A stretch of 64,000 bases of DNA from Cercozoa sp. M6MM (lineage: Eukaryota > Protista > Endomyxa: Ascetosporea), in assembly GCA_040357565.1 (NCBI GenBank), contig JBDODJ010000016.1; one strand, given 5' to 3'. Below, one piece after another: positions 48,363-64,000 of this stretch. A program made the translations under genes and the position numbers. Position 1 is the stretch's first letter. Every line of letters begins with the position of its first letter. Below the pieces are notes generated by a model, which saw only the letters and a list, made by a program, of their open reading frames with translations, ran no database searches and was not told the DNA's origin.

Positions 48363-48605
48363 TGTTACGGCATAGCGTTTCTCAGTCAATCAAGTCTGTA
48401 ATCTGACGTGACTACTCGTCAGCGCGGACGATCAAATCTGAGCCAATATGGGGGAACAAAAAGAGGGGAAGGCGGGTTCGGTTTTTCCTCGAAAAACTTC
48501 GCCATACCCGTTTGACCAAGTTGGTTGAGGACCGGACTGAACGACGCGCCGCCCGCGCACTAAGACTGAAGTTTTATACTAACTCTCGTTTCAACGTCGG
48601 TAACA
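48363..48605. mobile_element. Short TGTTAC...GTAACA-bounded element (243 bp) filling the UPF1/DNA-PKcs 3'-3' gap
   Basis: Terminal inverted repeat (extendable to TCCTGTTAC/GTAACAGGA); about 43 bp at 48409-48451 matches 38521-38563; no clear TSD. Confidence 0.55.
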
Positions 48606-48677
48606 GGAGACTCGATCAAACTGAATCAAAATCCGCTATCGCGAGGTACGTTCGTTGACACGACGACCGAATACTGC

Positions 48678-64000
<15,323 letters not shown>

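Overview
This is eukaryotic (protist-type) genomic DNA in the standard genetic code, with very dense short GT-AG introns (mostly ~40-100 nt, often GTAC donors). The ORF track is therefore mostly fragments and microsatellite artefacts, and the gene models below were spliced by eye. Genes from left to right: partial hypothetical gene (-); Rab5-family GTPase (+); SWR1/PIE1-type remodeller containing only the C-terminal helicase lobe plus SANT (-); BEACH-family protein with its middle hidden by a 100-N gap (-); TH1-PH-class III adenylyl cyclase (-); small membrane protein (-); heterotrimeric G-alpha (+); F-box-like protein (-); hypothetical protein (-); DBP8/DDX49 (+); BAR-RhoGAP (-); UPF1 (+); DNA-PKcs (-, 5' end outside the window). 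Convergent intergenic gaps hold related non-coding elements ending TGTTAC...GTAACA. Four observations stand out. (1) Two copies of one solo-LTR-like element, each with its own 4-bp TSD, differ by the precise absence of two canonical spliceosomal introns. (2) The intact G-alpha naturally carries the GTPase-disabling Q->L switch II substitution, a G->S P-loop change, a short N-helix and a CaaX-like tail. (3) The SWR1-like gene lacks its N-terminal ATPase half. (4) The adenylyl cyclase has an unusual TH1-PH architecture. No database searches were possible; assignments rest on remembered family motifs.
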